31,635 nt of DNA from a virus (taxonomy: Duplodnaviria; Caudoviricetes): positions 1-31,635 of IMG/VR virus record IMGVR_UViG_3300013132_003595, one strand, 5' to 3'. This document shows positions 9,490 through 19,332 of this stretch, in pieces. The position numbers were made by a program, and so were the translations under genes. A model generated the notes under the pieces. It was not told the DNA's origin and made no database searches. It worked only from the letters and a program-made list of their open reading frames with translations. How positions within the stretch are numbered: position 1 is the first letter of the stretch; every line of letters begins with the position of its first letter.

Positions 9490-10608
9490 TCAATACTCCA
9501 ATTTTATAGTAACTGACAATTCACTTGTGAATGATTTTTTAATTGGTTTACTCAATTTTGCAATAGCAAGTAAACTTTGATTTCCATTTATATCTGGACC
9601 GTAAAGACCGATAGATGTAATATATGTTGTTGGGTTATCTATAAATTTACTATTTTTAATTTTACCCTTATCTGTTCCGTTTGTATATGTAAATGTTGGA
9701 TTACTTGAATAGTTACATGAATAATTATTTATTCTGCAATAATAATATGAACAATGTTTAACATCAATAGCTCTAGCAGTAAATCCGTTTTCACTAACAG
9801 AAGCAGCACCACTTATTGCAGTAAATAATTTGTAAGAATTATCACCATCTTTGTTACTACCGGTAACAGAGTTAAACGAAGACGATTGGTTTAATGCCTT
9901 TGCAGATATTAAAATAATGCCCTGACTTGGATAAACTTTTCCAAAATAATGTCTATTTGCATTTGAATAAATACCATTTTGTAAACTACCACTAACTAAA
10001 TTTCTAACATAAGAAGTTTGTGCAGAATTTTCTATCAAATCTGATGTATCTTCCGAATCATCTATTAGTGTAATAATACTTGGATTTGATTTTACAGAAA
10101 CATTACTTCCAGTGTGAACATTATTTGCATAAGATGCACCATTAAGTTGAGCAATGTTTATCTCAAAGTTACCTGGATCCATCTTATCACCAAACTTATC
10201 TCTGTTTACATTTATCACGTAAAAGTCTTCGAGAGGATTAGTCGAACCTGATAAATAAAATCCTTGTTCATCACCATCTAAACACATCAATTTGTATTGT
10301 GAATAGACAGCACGTGATGGTGTATCATCTGCATCACCACCTTCATTCATAGAACCAGATCCACTAACATGACCATATGTTACAGAAAACATACGTTCTT
10401 CATTACAAGAGAGAGACGCAGAACCCCAAACTTCATAATAATAATCTTGTGAAGCAGATGTTTGTGTTGAACTTGTAAAAAATGTAAGCAATTCTCCAGT
10501 TCCAGCTGCCCACAAACCTCTTGCAGTTCCTGTTGTTGTTGGAGCTGGTTGTATTGGTGGGAATAGAATAAAATAATTTGGAAATCCCGAACCTTCAAAC
10601 TTTGACAT
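9490..10608 (-). CDS. Baseplate/fibre-associated protein, paralog 1
   Basis: Same motif series, ending YITSIGLYG...LLAIAKLSKPIKKSFTSELSVTIKLEY. GAGG SD upstream. Confidence 0.75.
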   Translation of the reverse strand: MSKFEGSGFPNYFILFPPIQPAPTTTGTARGLWAAGTGELLTFFTSSTQTSASQDYYYEVWGSASLSCNEERMFSVTYGHVSGSGSMNEGGDADDTPSRAVYSQYKLMCLDGDEQGFYLSGSTNPLEDFYVINVNRDKFGDKMDPGNFEINIAQLNGASYANNVHTGSNVSVKSNPSIITLIDDSEDTSDLIENSAQTSYVRNLVSGSLQNGIYSNANRHYFGKVYPSQGIILISAKALNQSSSFNSVTGSNKDGDNSYKLFTAISGAASVSENGFTARAIDVKHCSYYYCRINNYSCNYSSNPTFTYTNGTDKGKIKNSKFIDNPTTYITSIGLYGPDINGNQSLLAIAKLSKPIKKSFTSELSVTIKLEY

Positions 10609-10645
10609 GACTAACCTCTATAACTAAATTGGTTGATAATATAAA

Positions 10646-11335
10646 TTAAGTGTTACTGAAAGAAATTGGAACAACAAAACGTGAACCATATCTTGTGTTT
10701 GTAATAATCAATTTTGTTGATTTTCCATCAAGCGTACTTGGCAACCATGAACCGTTTATACCAATTACAAAATCTAATCTTGGCACAATATCACTTGTTG
10801 TGTTCCAATTCTTTGATTTACCAGACATAGGAAGTTCAGAAACACTTGTTCCAACTGTGCTCAATACTGTAAAGTATGTTGTGTCTAATAAAGTAAATGT
10901 ATAACCACCGGGATTTTCTGTAATTACAATTGGACCGTTACCTGTACTTGACCACTGTTTCAATTCAAATGTCAAGTTAGGTTTAGAATTTGCATTAAGA
11001 TTTCTTGCACCACCTGTTTCTGTTAATGCAAGTGTGCTTGGTGTTGCTTCAATGTATGGTATAGATTTTGTTCCTTCTGAAAGTGTAATCAATTTATATT
11101 TCATTGATTGTGTTTCATCTGGAACTGCTTCTGTTATTGGTAGATTTTCAATAACTATACCCATTTTATCATCACCGAGTGGATGACTTTGATTCCATAA
11201 ATCATAATCGATTTCATCATCAGCAAGAGCAAATTGTGTAATGTTGAAAGATGATGCTCCTTTTGCCAATAGTTCTCTACCTTTTTTTGTGAGGATTGCG
11301 TCTACTGTAACTGTTGCGTTATTTAAGTAACCCAT
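10646..11335 (-). CDS. Baseplate/tail-fibre attachment protein whose N-terminus resembles the first half of the P2 gpH/DUF3751 domain
   Basis: AILTKKGRELLAKG..FNITQFALADDEIDY matches the 'IT..G...LA....IT.MAVGDG' opening of tail-collar fibre proteins. AAGGAG SD upstream. Confidence 0.65.
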   Translation of the reverse strand: MGYLNNATVTVDAILTKKGRELLAKGASSFNITQFALADDEIDYDLWNQSHPLGDDKMGIVIENLPITEAVPDETQSMKYKLITLSEGTKSIPYIEATPSTLALTETGGARNLNANSKPNLTFELKQWSSTGNGPIVITENPGGYTFTLLDTTYFTVLSTVGTSVSELPMSGKSKNWNTTSDIVPRLDFVIGINGSWLPSTLDGKSTKLIITNTRYGSRFVVPISFSNT

Positions 11336-11370
11336 GTTAAAACTCCTTGTTAGAAAATTAGTTGTATACT

Positions 11371-11381
11371 ACTATAAATAT
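11371..11381 (-). promoter_or_regulatory. Candidate phage late-promoter motif ATATTTATAGT (copy 1)
   Basis: Lies in the 77-nt intergenic gap upstream of the 229 aa gene. An identical 11-mer occurs at 30797-30807. Confidence 0.5.
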
Positions 11382-11412
11382 AACTATTATTCAAAAATAC
11401 AAAATTATTTTA

Positions 11413-14400
11413 TTATATTCCACGTGACCTACGAACTTGTTGTAACCATTCTGGCAAAACTTCAAATGGCAAAATTAGTTGTATTATTGCACTTGGATCG
11501 TTATTTATATCCAAATATGTATAATTTGGGGTATACATTGGAAACGATAATTTATTTGTAACATCTCCGCCTGGCAATTTACAACCTTCAAACCTTATAC
11601 TTCTAACAGATTTGGTATAATTGTTCATATTCATTTGACTTGATGTTACATATTGATATGAAGAATAATTTGAACTTTCAGGATTTAATGATGATGAATA
11701 ATAGAAATAATATGATTTGTAAAAATTATCATGTCTGTTATTGCCTATCATGGTATAAATAGCAGTTCTCTTATCATAATGATTTGATGCAGTATACCAT
11801 GTATTAGGTCTTCCAGTTGAACTACCGTGTAAATAATTATCACGATAAAATGTATTTGTAAATCCTAAATCTAAACTTCCAAATACATCAAGTATTGTAT
11901 TATTTTTGCCAATTAACTTTCTTGTATTTCTAATGTTAAAATGTATAAGATAATTGTTGTTTATTATTCCGGATAAATCTTCTATGTTTGAATTTATCAA
12001 ACCTACTTTATCAACAACTTGTCCAATAATTTCTCTTGGTCGTGAATAAATACTTGATGTTGTTGCAGACGCAGCAGATATAAATGTTGTAGTTATTTCT
12101 ATGTCATCTTCGTAATTTTGAGTATCGGATTCTATTGCGGTTTCAACATCAAACTCACCATCAACATTTGTAAATTCACTCCTTACATCTTCATCAAAAC
12201 CAATAAAAACTGTTGTTCTTTTTGATGAATTTATATTACCAACAATAACTGCAGATGCAGAAATTTCTGTTGTGTCTCTAACATATTTTTCAGGTGGTAA
12301 TCCACCAAAATCTCTTGATGTTTTTACTCTTGAACGTTCAAGTATATTGGGTTCTACAACAACACCAAGTATATCATTTGTTCTTAATGGTAATGTTTGA
12401 CGAATTTGATCAAATACACTAAAATCAAAAAGTGAAACTAATCTTAAATAAGCAGTAAAGTCATTTCTTGTTGTATATTTTTTCCAATACTCTCTTGCAA
12501 ATTTTTTCAATGAGGGGTATTCATCTTTTTTTGTATTTGAGTATTCACCCAAATAATCATCTAATTGTGTATTTCCTATCGCCTCGTATATGTCTTCATT
12601 TATTATATGTTGTGGTGAAAATGCAACCATTAACTTATTTGAGTCTATTGAAAATCTATCAAATGCAGTAATAACAGAAGATTCATCCTTCAACAAAGCA
12701 CCCTGCAATGAAGCAGAATCTATCCTAATTTTTTCAGCAAATGGTGTATTATTTCCAATTGTTGCAACTTCCATGTTGTAAACTTCAACCGTTGATTCAA
12801 ATTGATCCCGTGATAATCCATTAAATTGTGCTGTTTTTGAGGAACTATAAAAATTACTTTTTAATTGATCCGGGTGCATACTTTTTATACTTGACGTATA
12901 TTCTGCATTAAATGGTTCCCAAAATTTCCATTGAACTTGTAAATCATAGAATGAAGAAGTTGGTGTATTACCATTGTAAGCACGTGATGCCATTACATGA
13001 TTATCAAATGAAGATGTAATTAACGGTTTTGCCCAATATCTTAATTCAAAAATTGAACCAGATAATAAAAAGTTTGTCTGTGGGTTTGATCCAGAACCAA
13101 TAAATAAATTACCATCAGAAGACCAACCTCTATTGTAATCTGACTCCGTAGAACCATTTACACTTATACTTGCACTTCTATCAACAGTAATCTTTCCATA
13201 CTTTGATGTTTTTAATATGAAATTATACGTTTGATTTACTGATAATGTGTCTAATGATGAACTTCTACGAATCATTAAGTTTAGAGGAATATCATCATAA
13301 AGGTATTCGTCTTTAATAGATGCAGATTTGTAATTAGTTCCATTACCTAAATAAAATGTTAAGTCTCCTTTTTCAGCAGATCCAGTTCTATTTACAGTAA
13401 CATACCAATCAACTCTACTTCCAGTTGTTTCTTTTTGTAATACTGTTTGGATTTTATCATTGGCATAATCATAGTATTTTGATGGATTCATTTTCCAACG
13501 AAATGTCATTGTATCTGGATATTGCCAATTATCATTTTCGTTATTTATTCTTTCCCAAGGAACACGAACATAACTTGATGTTGCGGGTTGTTGTAAACTA
13601 CCAACAAGATTCAAAAAGTATGTATGTTTTTCCCATTCTGATCTTGGAATAACACCTAAATCTGCATTATCAGGTCCACCGTATTCTCGTATAGATAAAA
13701 GTGTTTGTGGAATACCATAAGTTGCAAGTAATGCCCTAACACCTCTAGCAGTTCCTTTTGATTTATAGATATATGGAAGATTATTTAATACCCTTCTCCA
13801 TACTTCTTTTGTTCTTTCTTCTTCACTTTTTGAATACTCTTTACCAACAGTTGTTCTACCTGTCCAAAGTGGTTCACCACTACCACTCAATCCAAGTGCA
13901 TATTCCCAAAGGTCTTTTGTTTTTGTTCCACTTGATAATGTCCATCCCAAGTTTCTTGTTGCTTCATATATCAAATCTTGTGATAACCCGTCTTTTGGAT
14001 GTTCTTCTCGTAAATTCTTTTTAAGAATATGGTCAGTATAAAAATACAATATGTCAAAATGTTGAGCTATCATATTGACAAATGTAAGTATTTGTGAATT
14101 ATCAGTATTTTCGTAGATATGATTTGGCAGTGACTTTACAAGTGCAGAATCATTTACCATATCATAATCTGTTGCCAAATCAAGTATGTTGTTATACCAA
14201 TTTTGAACTTGATTACTACCTGTTGTATACAAATTAAATTTACCTTGTTTGGTAATTAAATTGTAAGAACTTCCTGTTACTTCATACTTTGGAAACGGTT
14301 GAATTGATGCAGTTAATTCGGATGTATACCGTAGACTTGCCGATGTTTCATAGTATAACCATTTTTCAAAATTATCAAATCCTGAAACAACTTTGTCTCT

Positions 14401-15450
14401 TAACATTTTAACACGTGTTTTATTACTATCAAGAGAGCCAGTGTATATTTCTAAATTTGTTAATTCTTGATTGTATGTTTGGATTAAACGTATTTTGTAA
14501 TAAAAGTTTTCTATTCTTTCTTCAGCAGAAGAATAAAATACAAAATTTTGAAACTCTGTAAAATCAAAATTTAACTCTACACTTGAACCAGAAATATTTA
14601 CATACTTGTCCAAAATTTGTTGAGAAGTTTGTAAATTTGTTGATAATAAATCATTCCAATTTTTATATTCAGTTGTGCCTGTAATAAATCTGTCATATTC
14701 TACTTCAAAATTTGGACCCTTGATAAATTTTGCTTGTAGTTTTTCAAATTCTTTTTCTACTTGAACATTATCCAAGTATGGTTTCATTATTTGACTTGCA
14801 AGCCAACATTGATAATACAAATCAACATCAAAAGGCAATGGTTCTGCTAAACGAACATAAAAATATGCAGGATTACCGTCAGAAGTTACATTGACAACAT
14901 CAACTAAATTGTTTTCACCAAAATTTATTACAATTGGTAATTTATATCTTGAACCTTTCATGTATTCAATTACAAACTCTTGCAATTGTCTAACTGATTC
15001 AACATGAGTTGGATTTGTCAATGTCAATCTAACTTCTTTTCTATCTGGTGATATATCTGAAACAAACAATCTATTTTCAGTATCATTACCACCAATTAAG
15101 TTTCTTAAAAAATTGTAAACAATTCTATAAGGACCTGGAACTAAATTTAGTTGAGCAATGTGGTCGTGTATTGGCAAAACAACATATCTAACAGGTTCAC
15201 CGAGTTCGTTTATTCTTGGATCAATACTATATGGTGCAAGATATAATGTGTTTACATATGATGCATTTGGCAAAAATACATGAAGTTCTATATTTGTTCC
15301 GGGTGAAGAAGGATCTTCAGGATTATTTAATGTAGAAAATTTAGGAACAACAATTCTACTGTTAAGATTAGAATAATTAAACCTATCGCCTCTAATTGGA
15401 TTATTAGTGGCTATTATATCGGAAAGGTTTTTGTATAAGAAATTTGGCAT
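11413..15450 (-). CDS. Large baseplate wedge protein (P2 gpI / T4 gp7-like core) with a probable LamG-like domain
   Basis: NNLPYIYKSKGTARGVRALLATYGIP...IREYGG is the KGT motif of gpI-like wedge proteins. Later beta-rich region with LFIG and LSGSIFELRYW. Located downstream of the gp25- and gp6-like genes. Confidence 0.7.
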   Translation of the reverse strand: MPNFLYKNLSDIIATNNPIRGDRFNYSNLNSRIVVPKFSTLNNPEDPSSPGTNIELHVFLPNASYVNTLYLAPYSIDPRINELGEPVRYVVLPIHDHIAQLNLVPGPYRIVYNFLRNLIGGNDTENRLFVSDISPDRKEVRLTLTNPTHVESVRQLQEFVIEYMKGSRYKLPIVINFGENNLVDVVNVTSDGNPAYFYVRLAEPLPFDVDLYYQCWLASQIMKPYLDNVQVEKEFEKLQAKFIKGPNFEVEYDRFITGTTEYKNWNDLLSTNLQTSQQILDKYVNISGSSVELNFDFTEFQNFVFYSSAEERIENFYYKIRLIQTYNQELTNLEIYTGSLDSNKTRVKMLRDKVVSGFDNFEKWLYYETSASLRYTSELTASIQPFPKYEVTGSSYNLITKQGKFNLYTTGSNQVQNWYNNILDLATDYDMVNDSALVKSLPNHIYENTDNSQILTFVNMIAQHFDILYFYTDHILKKNLREEHPKDGLSQDLIYEATRNLGWTLSSGTKTKDLWEYALGLSGSGEPLWTGRTTVGKEYSKSEEERTKEVWRRVLNNLPYIYKSKGTARGVRALLATYGIPQTLLSIREYGGPDNADLGVIPRSEWEKHTYFLNLVGSLQQPATSSYVRVPWERINNENDNWQYPDTMTFRWKMNPSKYYDYANDKIQTVLQKETTGSRVDWYVTVNRTGSAEKGDLTFYLGNGTNYKSASIKDEYLYDDIPLNLMIRRSSSLDTLSVNQTYNFILKTSKYGKITVDRSASISVNGSTESDYNRGWSSDGNLFIGSGSNPQTNFLLSGSIFELRYWAKPLITSSFDNHVMASRAYNGNTPTSSFYDLQVQWKFWEPFNAEYTSSIKSMHPDQLKSNFYSSSKTAQFNGLSRDQFESTVEVYNMEVATIGNNTPFAEKIRIDSASLQGALLKDESSVITAFDRFSIDSNKLMVAFSPQHIINEDIYEAIGNTQLDDYLGEYSNTKKDEYPSLKKFAREYWKKYTTRNDFTAYLRLVSLFDFSVFDQIRQTLPLRTNDILGVVVEPNILERSRVKTSRDFGGLPPEKYVRDTTEISASAVIVGNINSSKRTTVFIGFDEDVRSEFTNVDGEFDVETAIESDTQNYEDDIEITTTFISAASATTSSIYSRPREIIGQVVDKVGLINSNIEDLSGIINNNYLIHFNIRNTRKLIGKNNTILDVFGSLDLGFTNTFYRDNYLHGSSTGRPNTWYTASNHYDKRTAIYTMIGNNRHDNFYKSYYFYYSSSLNPESSNYSSYQYVTSSQMNMNNYTKSVRSIRFEGCKLPGGDVTNKLSFPMYTPNYTYLDINNDPSAIIQLILPFEVLPEWLQQVRRSRGI

Positions 15451-15477
15451 ATAAAACTATCACTTATTTAATTGTTA

Positions 15478-16263
15478 TTAACCAGTAGTTAATCCTGCTG
15501 TTCCAGCTGTGCCTGCCGTTCCAAAATAATCATTTTTTATTAAGTCTGACATTCTACTCAAACCAACCGGATTCTCCGATACAAAATCTGATTTGAAATT
15601 CTTTAATGAATCAACATCTTGTGAAAGTGATTTTAATGTTTCATTCGTTCTTTCGGACATTGCATTCAATATATTTTCTGTTCTTAACTTATCAGTTTCT
15701 ATTCGAGTTGATAGATCTGTGAGTATTTGTTCTTGTTGAGCAGACAATTCTGTATTCATTCTTTCCATAGCATCTGCACGAATTGATTGGTTTTCATATT
15801 GATTTGCCCATATATCAATTCTTTCTTGCCATTTAATTTCGTTTGCAGCCCAATCAGTTAATTCGTTATTTTGTCTTTCAACAATATCTTGCAATTCATT
15901 TATCTTATTATTCAAACTTTGTATTGAGTTTGGATTATTTTCTGCAATAGTTTGTAGATTTTGTAACAATTCATTTTTTGCAATGTTTTGTATATTATCC
16001 ATATCATCAGAACTTAAACTTCCAAGTGGAACACCACGCAATAAACTAGTTTGTATAGTTTGTATTTGATTGAACATATTTTTTTCAGCATCAACTGCAT
16101 CTTTTAAGGATGAAAATTCTGTTTTAACTATAAAATTAAAATCGCTCGATAAAAAACGTTGATCAACAACTGGTATTTCTATTTTTCCTTTATTTTCAGA
16201 AGACCTTTCATCAAGATAACTTATTATTCTATTTGAAATCCCATCTCTAACAAGTTCATTCAT
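15478..16263 (-). CDS. Hypothetical coiled-coil virion protein
   Basis: Heptad-like Q/E/N/L-rich helix over the C-terminal half. Ends in GTAGTAGTAG. Start overlaps the upstream stop (ATGA). Confidence 0.7.
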   Translation of the reverse strand: MNELVRDGISNRIISYLDERSSENKGKIEIPVVDQRFLSSDFNFIVKTEFSSLKDAVDAEKNMFNQIQTIQTSLLRGVPLGSLSSDDMDNIQNIAKNELLQNLQTIAENNPNSIQSLNNKINELQDIVERQNNELTDWAANEIKWQERIDIWANQYENQSIRADAMERMNTELSAQQEQILTDLSTRIETDKLRTENILNAMSERTNETLKSLSQDVDSLKNFKSDFVSENPVGLSRMSDLIKNDYFGTAGTAGTAGLTTG

Positions 16264-17438
16264 CGTGTAACCTTAAAGTAATGATTATTGTCAAAAATTT
16301 GAACATTATCGCCACCGTCTCTTTCAACCTTAACAACTACTCTATAAAATCTTTCTGGTTGAAACGAATCCATCCAAAGATTAAAATAACTACTTGTTCC
16401 ATCACAACTAATTTTTGTTCCGTTTTCATCGAATGGAAGTATTATTTCATCACTATGGGCATCACGAATTTCGTAATAAGATGATGATGGTAAGTAATGA
16501 TTTACAGTTTGATATGCAGTTGTTGTGTAATTTTTTTCAGGATAACGAGAGTATGCATATATTTTTATTTTTGCCTTTTCTTTTTCAGCATAAAACTTTT
16601 TTAATTTTACATTTACATTAAGACTATCTTCGCTCGCAAGAGTTAAACTTCCTGTAACAAATTCCGAATCATCCCAAACCACATTTAATCTTGGAACATA
16701 TATTGTATTACTATCTGTTCCAAAAAACTTCAAACTATTTATGAGATTATCAGGAGAACTTTCCATCTCATTACTAAATTTCAAAATTATACCATCATTG
16801 TCAAATCTACCGGAACCAGTTATCCATTTTTTAACTATGTTAGTTACATTCATGTATAAATCTGTTGATTGAAAAGAAAATGATTGTGTGCATTCTAAAT
16901 TATTGTAATTCCACCAAGTTCCACCACCTTCATGTGTAAAATAAGAAGACGTGACAGTTGCTGAAAGATAGTTTGTTCCGAACAATACATTAGCATCAAC
17001 CCAAGTTTGTGATATATTATCCCATTCAAATGAAGATGTTCCAGGCGGTATGTCCCATTCTGTTCCAGTTCTTTTTGATGTTCTGTATCTCCAAGATACA
17101 CCATCAGTTGTATATGGGAGGTTTACAAATTTACCAGTTCCGTTTGTCCATGACGAACTTAACGGATAAGCATATACAGTATATTCTTGTGGAATTTCTC
17201 GTATATCAGCAGTTACTAATGCTAAATAGTATTTAGCATTTTGTGAAATTTTACCAGCATTTACTCTACTTTCAATATCCGATACATCAAATTTTAACAG
17301 TATTCTACTATTGTAAATAGAAGAACCAGATCCAGGAGTTTCATGTGATAACTCCAATAATGGATCTATTCCAGTATTCATAGTATACTGTCTTTCGTAA
17401 ATTGTTGCATCTCTGTTAGCAAAAATAGAATATATCAT
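16260..17438 (-). CDS. DNRLRE / disaggregatase-related beta-sandwich protein (putative carbohydrate-binding baseplate component)
   Basis: DATIYE...NTG...SRILLKFD...YPLSSSWTNGTG...GVSW...GGTW...MNVTNIVKKW...NDGIILK...KFF...PRLNVVW motif series. Confidence 0.65.
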   Translation of the reverse strand: MIYSIFANRDATIYERQYTMNTGIDPLLELSHETPGSGSSIYNSRILLKFDVSDIESRVNAGKISQNAKYYLALVTADIREIPQEYTVYAYPLSSSWTNGTGKFVNLPYTTDGVSWRYRTSKRTGTEWDIPPGTSSFEWDNISQTWVDANVLFGTNYLSATVTSSYFTHEGGGTWWNYNNLECTQSFSFQSTDLYMNVTNIVKKWITGSGRFDNDGIILKFSNEMESSPDNLINSLKFFGTDSNTIYVPRLNVVWDDSEFVTGSLTLASEDSLNVNVKLKKFYAEKEKAKIKIYAYSRYPEKNYTTTAYQTVNHYLPSSSYYEIRDAHSDEIILPFDENGTKISCDGTSSYFNLWMDSFQPERFYRVVVKVERDGGDNVQIFDNNHYFKVTR

Positions 17439-19324
17439 CCGAATGACCTCGCTCTTCCAACAATATCATTGTTTGGATATTTGATTTCAAAAATAGAAGG
17501 ATCCAATGACGGAAACAATACACCATCTTTTATAGATTGGTCTATATTGTAAGCATGGGGTGAATAACCTAATGTGCTATCATACAAATTTTTCAATTTT
17601 ATATTAACAACCGTTTGAACACCTGGTACTCTATCTAATTCTGTATAAATGTTACTAATAACAATTGGTTGATTTATTTGCCATTTTTTAATATCAAAAT
17701 AATTTTTCAAACGGTCAATGCATCGAAGAACTACTTGATTTGAATTTTCATCTGGTAGAGTAATAATATCAAACTCAATACCGATGTTAATAATATATGC
17801 ATCTCTTATGTTTATTGCATCGGTTAGCAATCTATACCAATTTAGGTATGTTTTAAGATTTTCTTTTGTAGCATCATTAACAGTTGTCAATTTACCGTTT
17901 ATATCATATGCCAATACATAAAAGTTAAGAGCAAGATCATTTTGAACTCTATCACTATTGAATATAGAGTCTTTTGTTAATTGTGTATCTTTTGTTATGT
18001 ATGCTTTAGCAATTGAACCATATCTTGGCGGTAAACTATAAGCACGAATTATGTAATCTTCTTTTGTTACTGCTCTATTTTGAGCAGCAAAAGAAGCAAC
18101 TGCATTATATCGTATTTCATTTATATCTTCCGCAAATTTACCACCAGTTGCAGGTTCAGGATTTGTTACTGCCAAACTTGAAATTGCCTGTGAATAAAGA
18201 ACAGGATCCAAACCCTCTTGATCCAAAATAGTTCTTCTTCTCAATATGTTGGTAAGAACTTCACTTGGCACATTGTCTGAACTACCCTTACCAACTGTAT
18301 AGTAAAAAGTTAGAGTTGTATTATTTGGTGCCAATCCATATGTTTTTGTATAAAGAAAGTTTGATGGATCAATATCTATTGATAAATTTGGATTTGTCAT
18401 TGGTAATGAACCACCAACTAAATCTGGATTTGGTATCAATAATTCATCATCAACATCAGAAATACCTGCACCAAATTGTATTTCATATGTTCCATTTGAA
18501 AATTGTCTACTAGTAAATCTTCTTGGAACTTTTCTTAATTTCAATAAATAAGGTGTTTCTAATCGATATTTACTTAACTTTGTATCATTTCTTGGAATGT
18601 TTAATACGGGTTCAAATACAGTATCTTGTGAAAGATATGGAACATATGTCCAAGAATTTCCTTCGGTATCTACTGCATATAAAATTTCTATAATATCTGG
18701 ATCATTTATAGTAACTTTATCATATGGTTTCGGTTCGTCAAAAGTAAAAGTTGTTGTTCTTATATCACCAGAAGTAGCCTTTGTTGATTTTTTTAACAAC
18801 CAATATGTAACCTCACCAGTTGCATCATCTATTTCATATGGGGTTACTTCTGTTGGATCAAAACTACTACTCGTCTTGAAATCAATATAATCTATTGTTC
18901 TAAAACTAATTTCACCATCGCTTGTTGGTGAAACTGTCATTCCAGGTTCTATACCAAATGCATAATCAAAGTCAGGAACTATATTACCACTTACTGATTT
19001 TGCAGGAACAACTTGAAATACATCCAAAACAACATTTGCAGAAATTCTATTTTTAGGATTATACCCCAATGATTGTGCAATGTTTAATATGTTTTGACGC
19101 TCATTGGCAAACAATATCATTGATTCTTGTAAAGTAACGTCTGTATAGAAAGATAAAACATCTCCAACATAAGCGGACATTTCCAAAAACATCATTCCAG
19201 GTGAAGACTCATTAAAATCTTGGTATGTATCAGGAAAATAGTTTTTACTAAAATCTATCAATACCTTTTTTAATGAATTGAAATCTCTATTTACATAACG
19301 AATATCTTTGTTTATCAAAGCCAT
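17435..19324 (-). CDS. Baseplate wedge subunit, T4 gp6 / P2 gpJ-like
   Basis: RDFNSLK...DFNESSPGMMFLEMSAYVGDVLSFY...IAQSLGY...IQFGAG...TNPEPATGG...QNRAVTKEDY. Start placed at ATG 19324 (MALINK) with AGGTGA upstream; the track uses 19336. Confidence 0.9.
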   Translation of the reverse strand: MALINKDIRYVNRDFNSLKKVLIDFSKNYFPDTYQDFNESSPGMMFLEMSAYVGDVLSFYTDVTLQESMILFANERQNILNIAQSLGYNPKNRISANVVLDVFQVVPAKSVSGNIVPDFDYAFGIEPGMTVSPTSDGEISFRTIDYIDFKTSSSFDPTEVTPYEIDDATGEVTYWLLKKSTKATSGDIRTTTFTFDEPKPYDKVTINDPDIIEILYAVDTEGNSWTYVPYLSQDTVFEPVLNIPRNDTKLSKYRLETPYLLKLRKVPRRFTSRQFSNGTYEIQFGAGISDVDDELLIPNPDLVGGSLPMTNPNLSIDIDPSNFLYTKTYGLAPNNTTLTFYYTVGKGSSDNVPSEVLTNILRRRTILDQEGLDPVLYSQAISSLAVTNPEPATGGKFAEDINEIRYNAVASFAAQNRAVTKEDYIIRAYSLPPRYGSIAKAYITKDTQLTKDSIFNSDRVQNDLALNFYVLAYDINGKLTTVNDATKENLKTYLNWYRLLTDAINIRDAYIINIGIEFDIITLPDENSNQVVLRCIDRLKNYFDIKKWQINQPIVISNIYTELDRVPGVQTVVNIKLKNLYDSTLGYSPHAYNIDQSIKDGVLFPSLDPSIFEIKYPNNDIVGRARSFG

Positions 19325-19332
19325 TTTATATC

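Noticed and set aside
4857-10608. Diversity-generating retroelement (template/variable repeats) among the paralogs
   Set aside because: No reverse transcriptase in the window; the matches are short, lie in conserved coding motifs and show no adenine-specific mismatch pattern.
11502-11509. Sense-strand T4-type TATAAATA (also at 23423-23430)
   Set aside because: Both lie inside coding sequence, and several chance copies are expected at this AT content.
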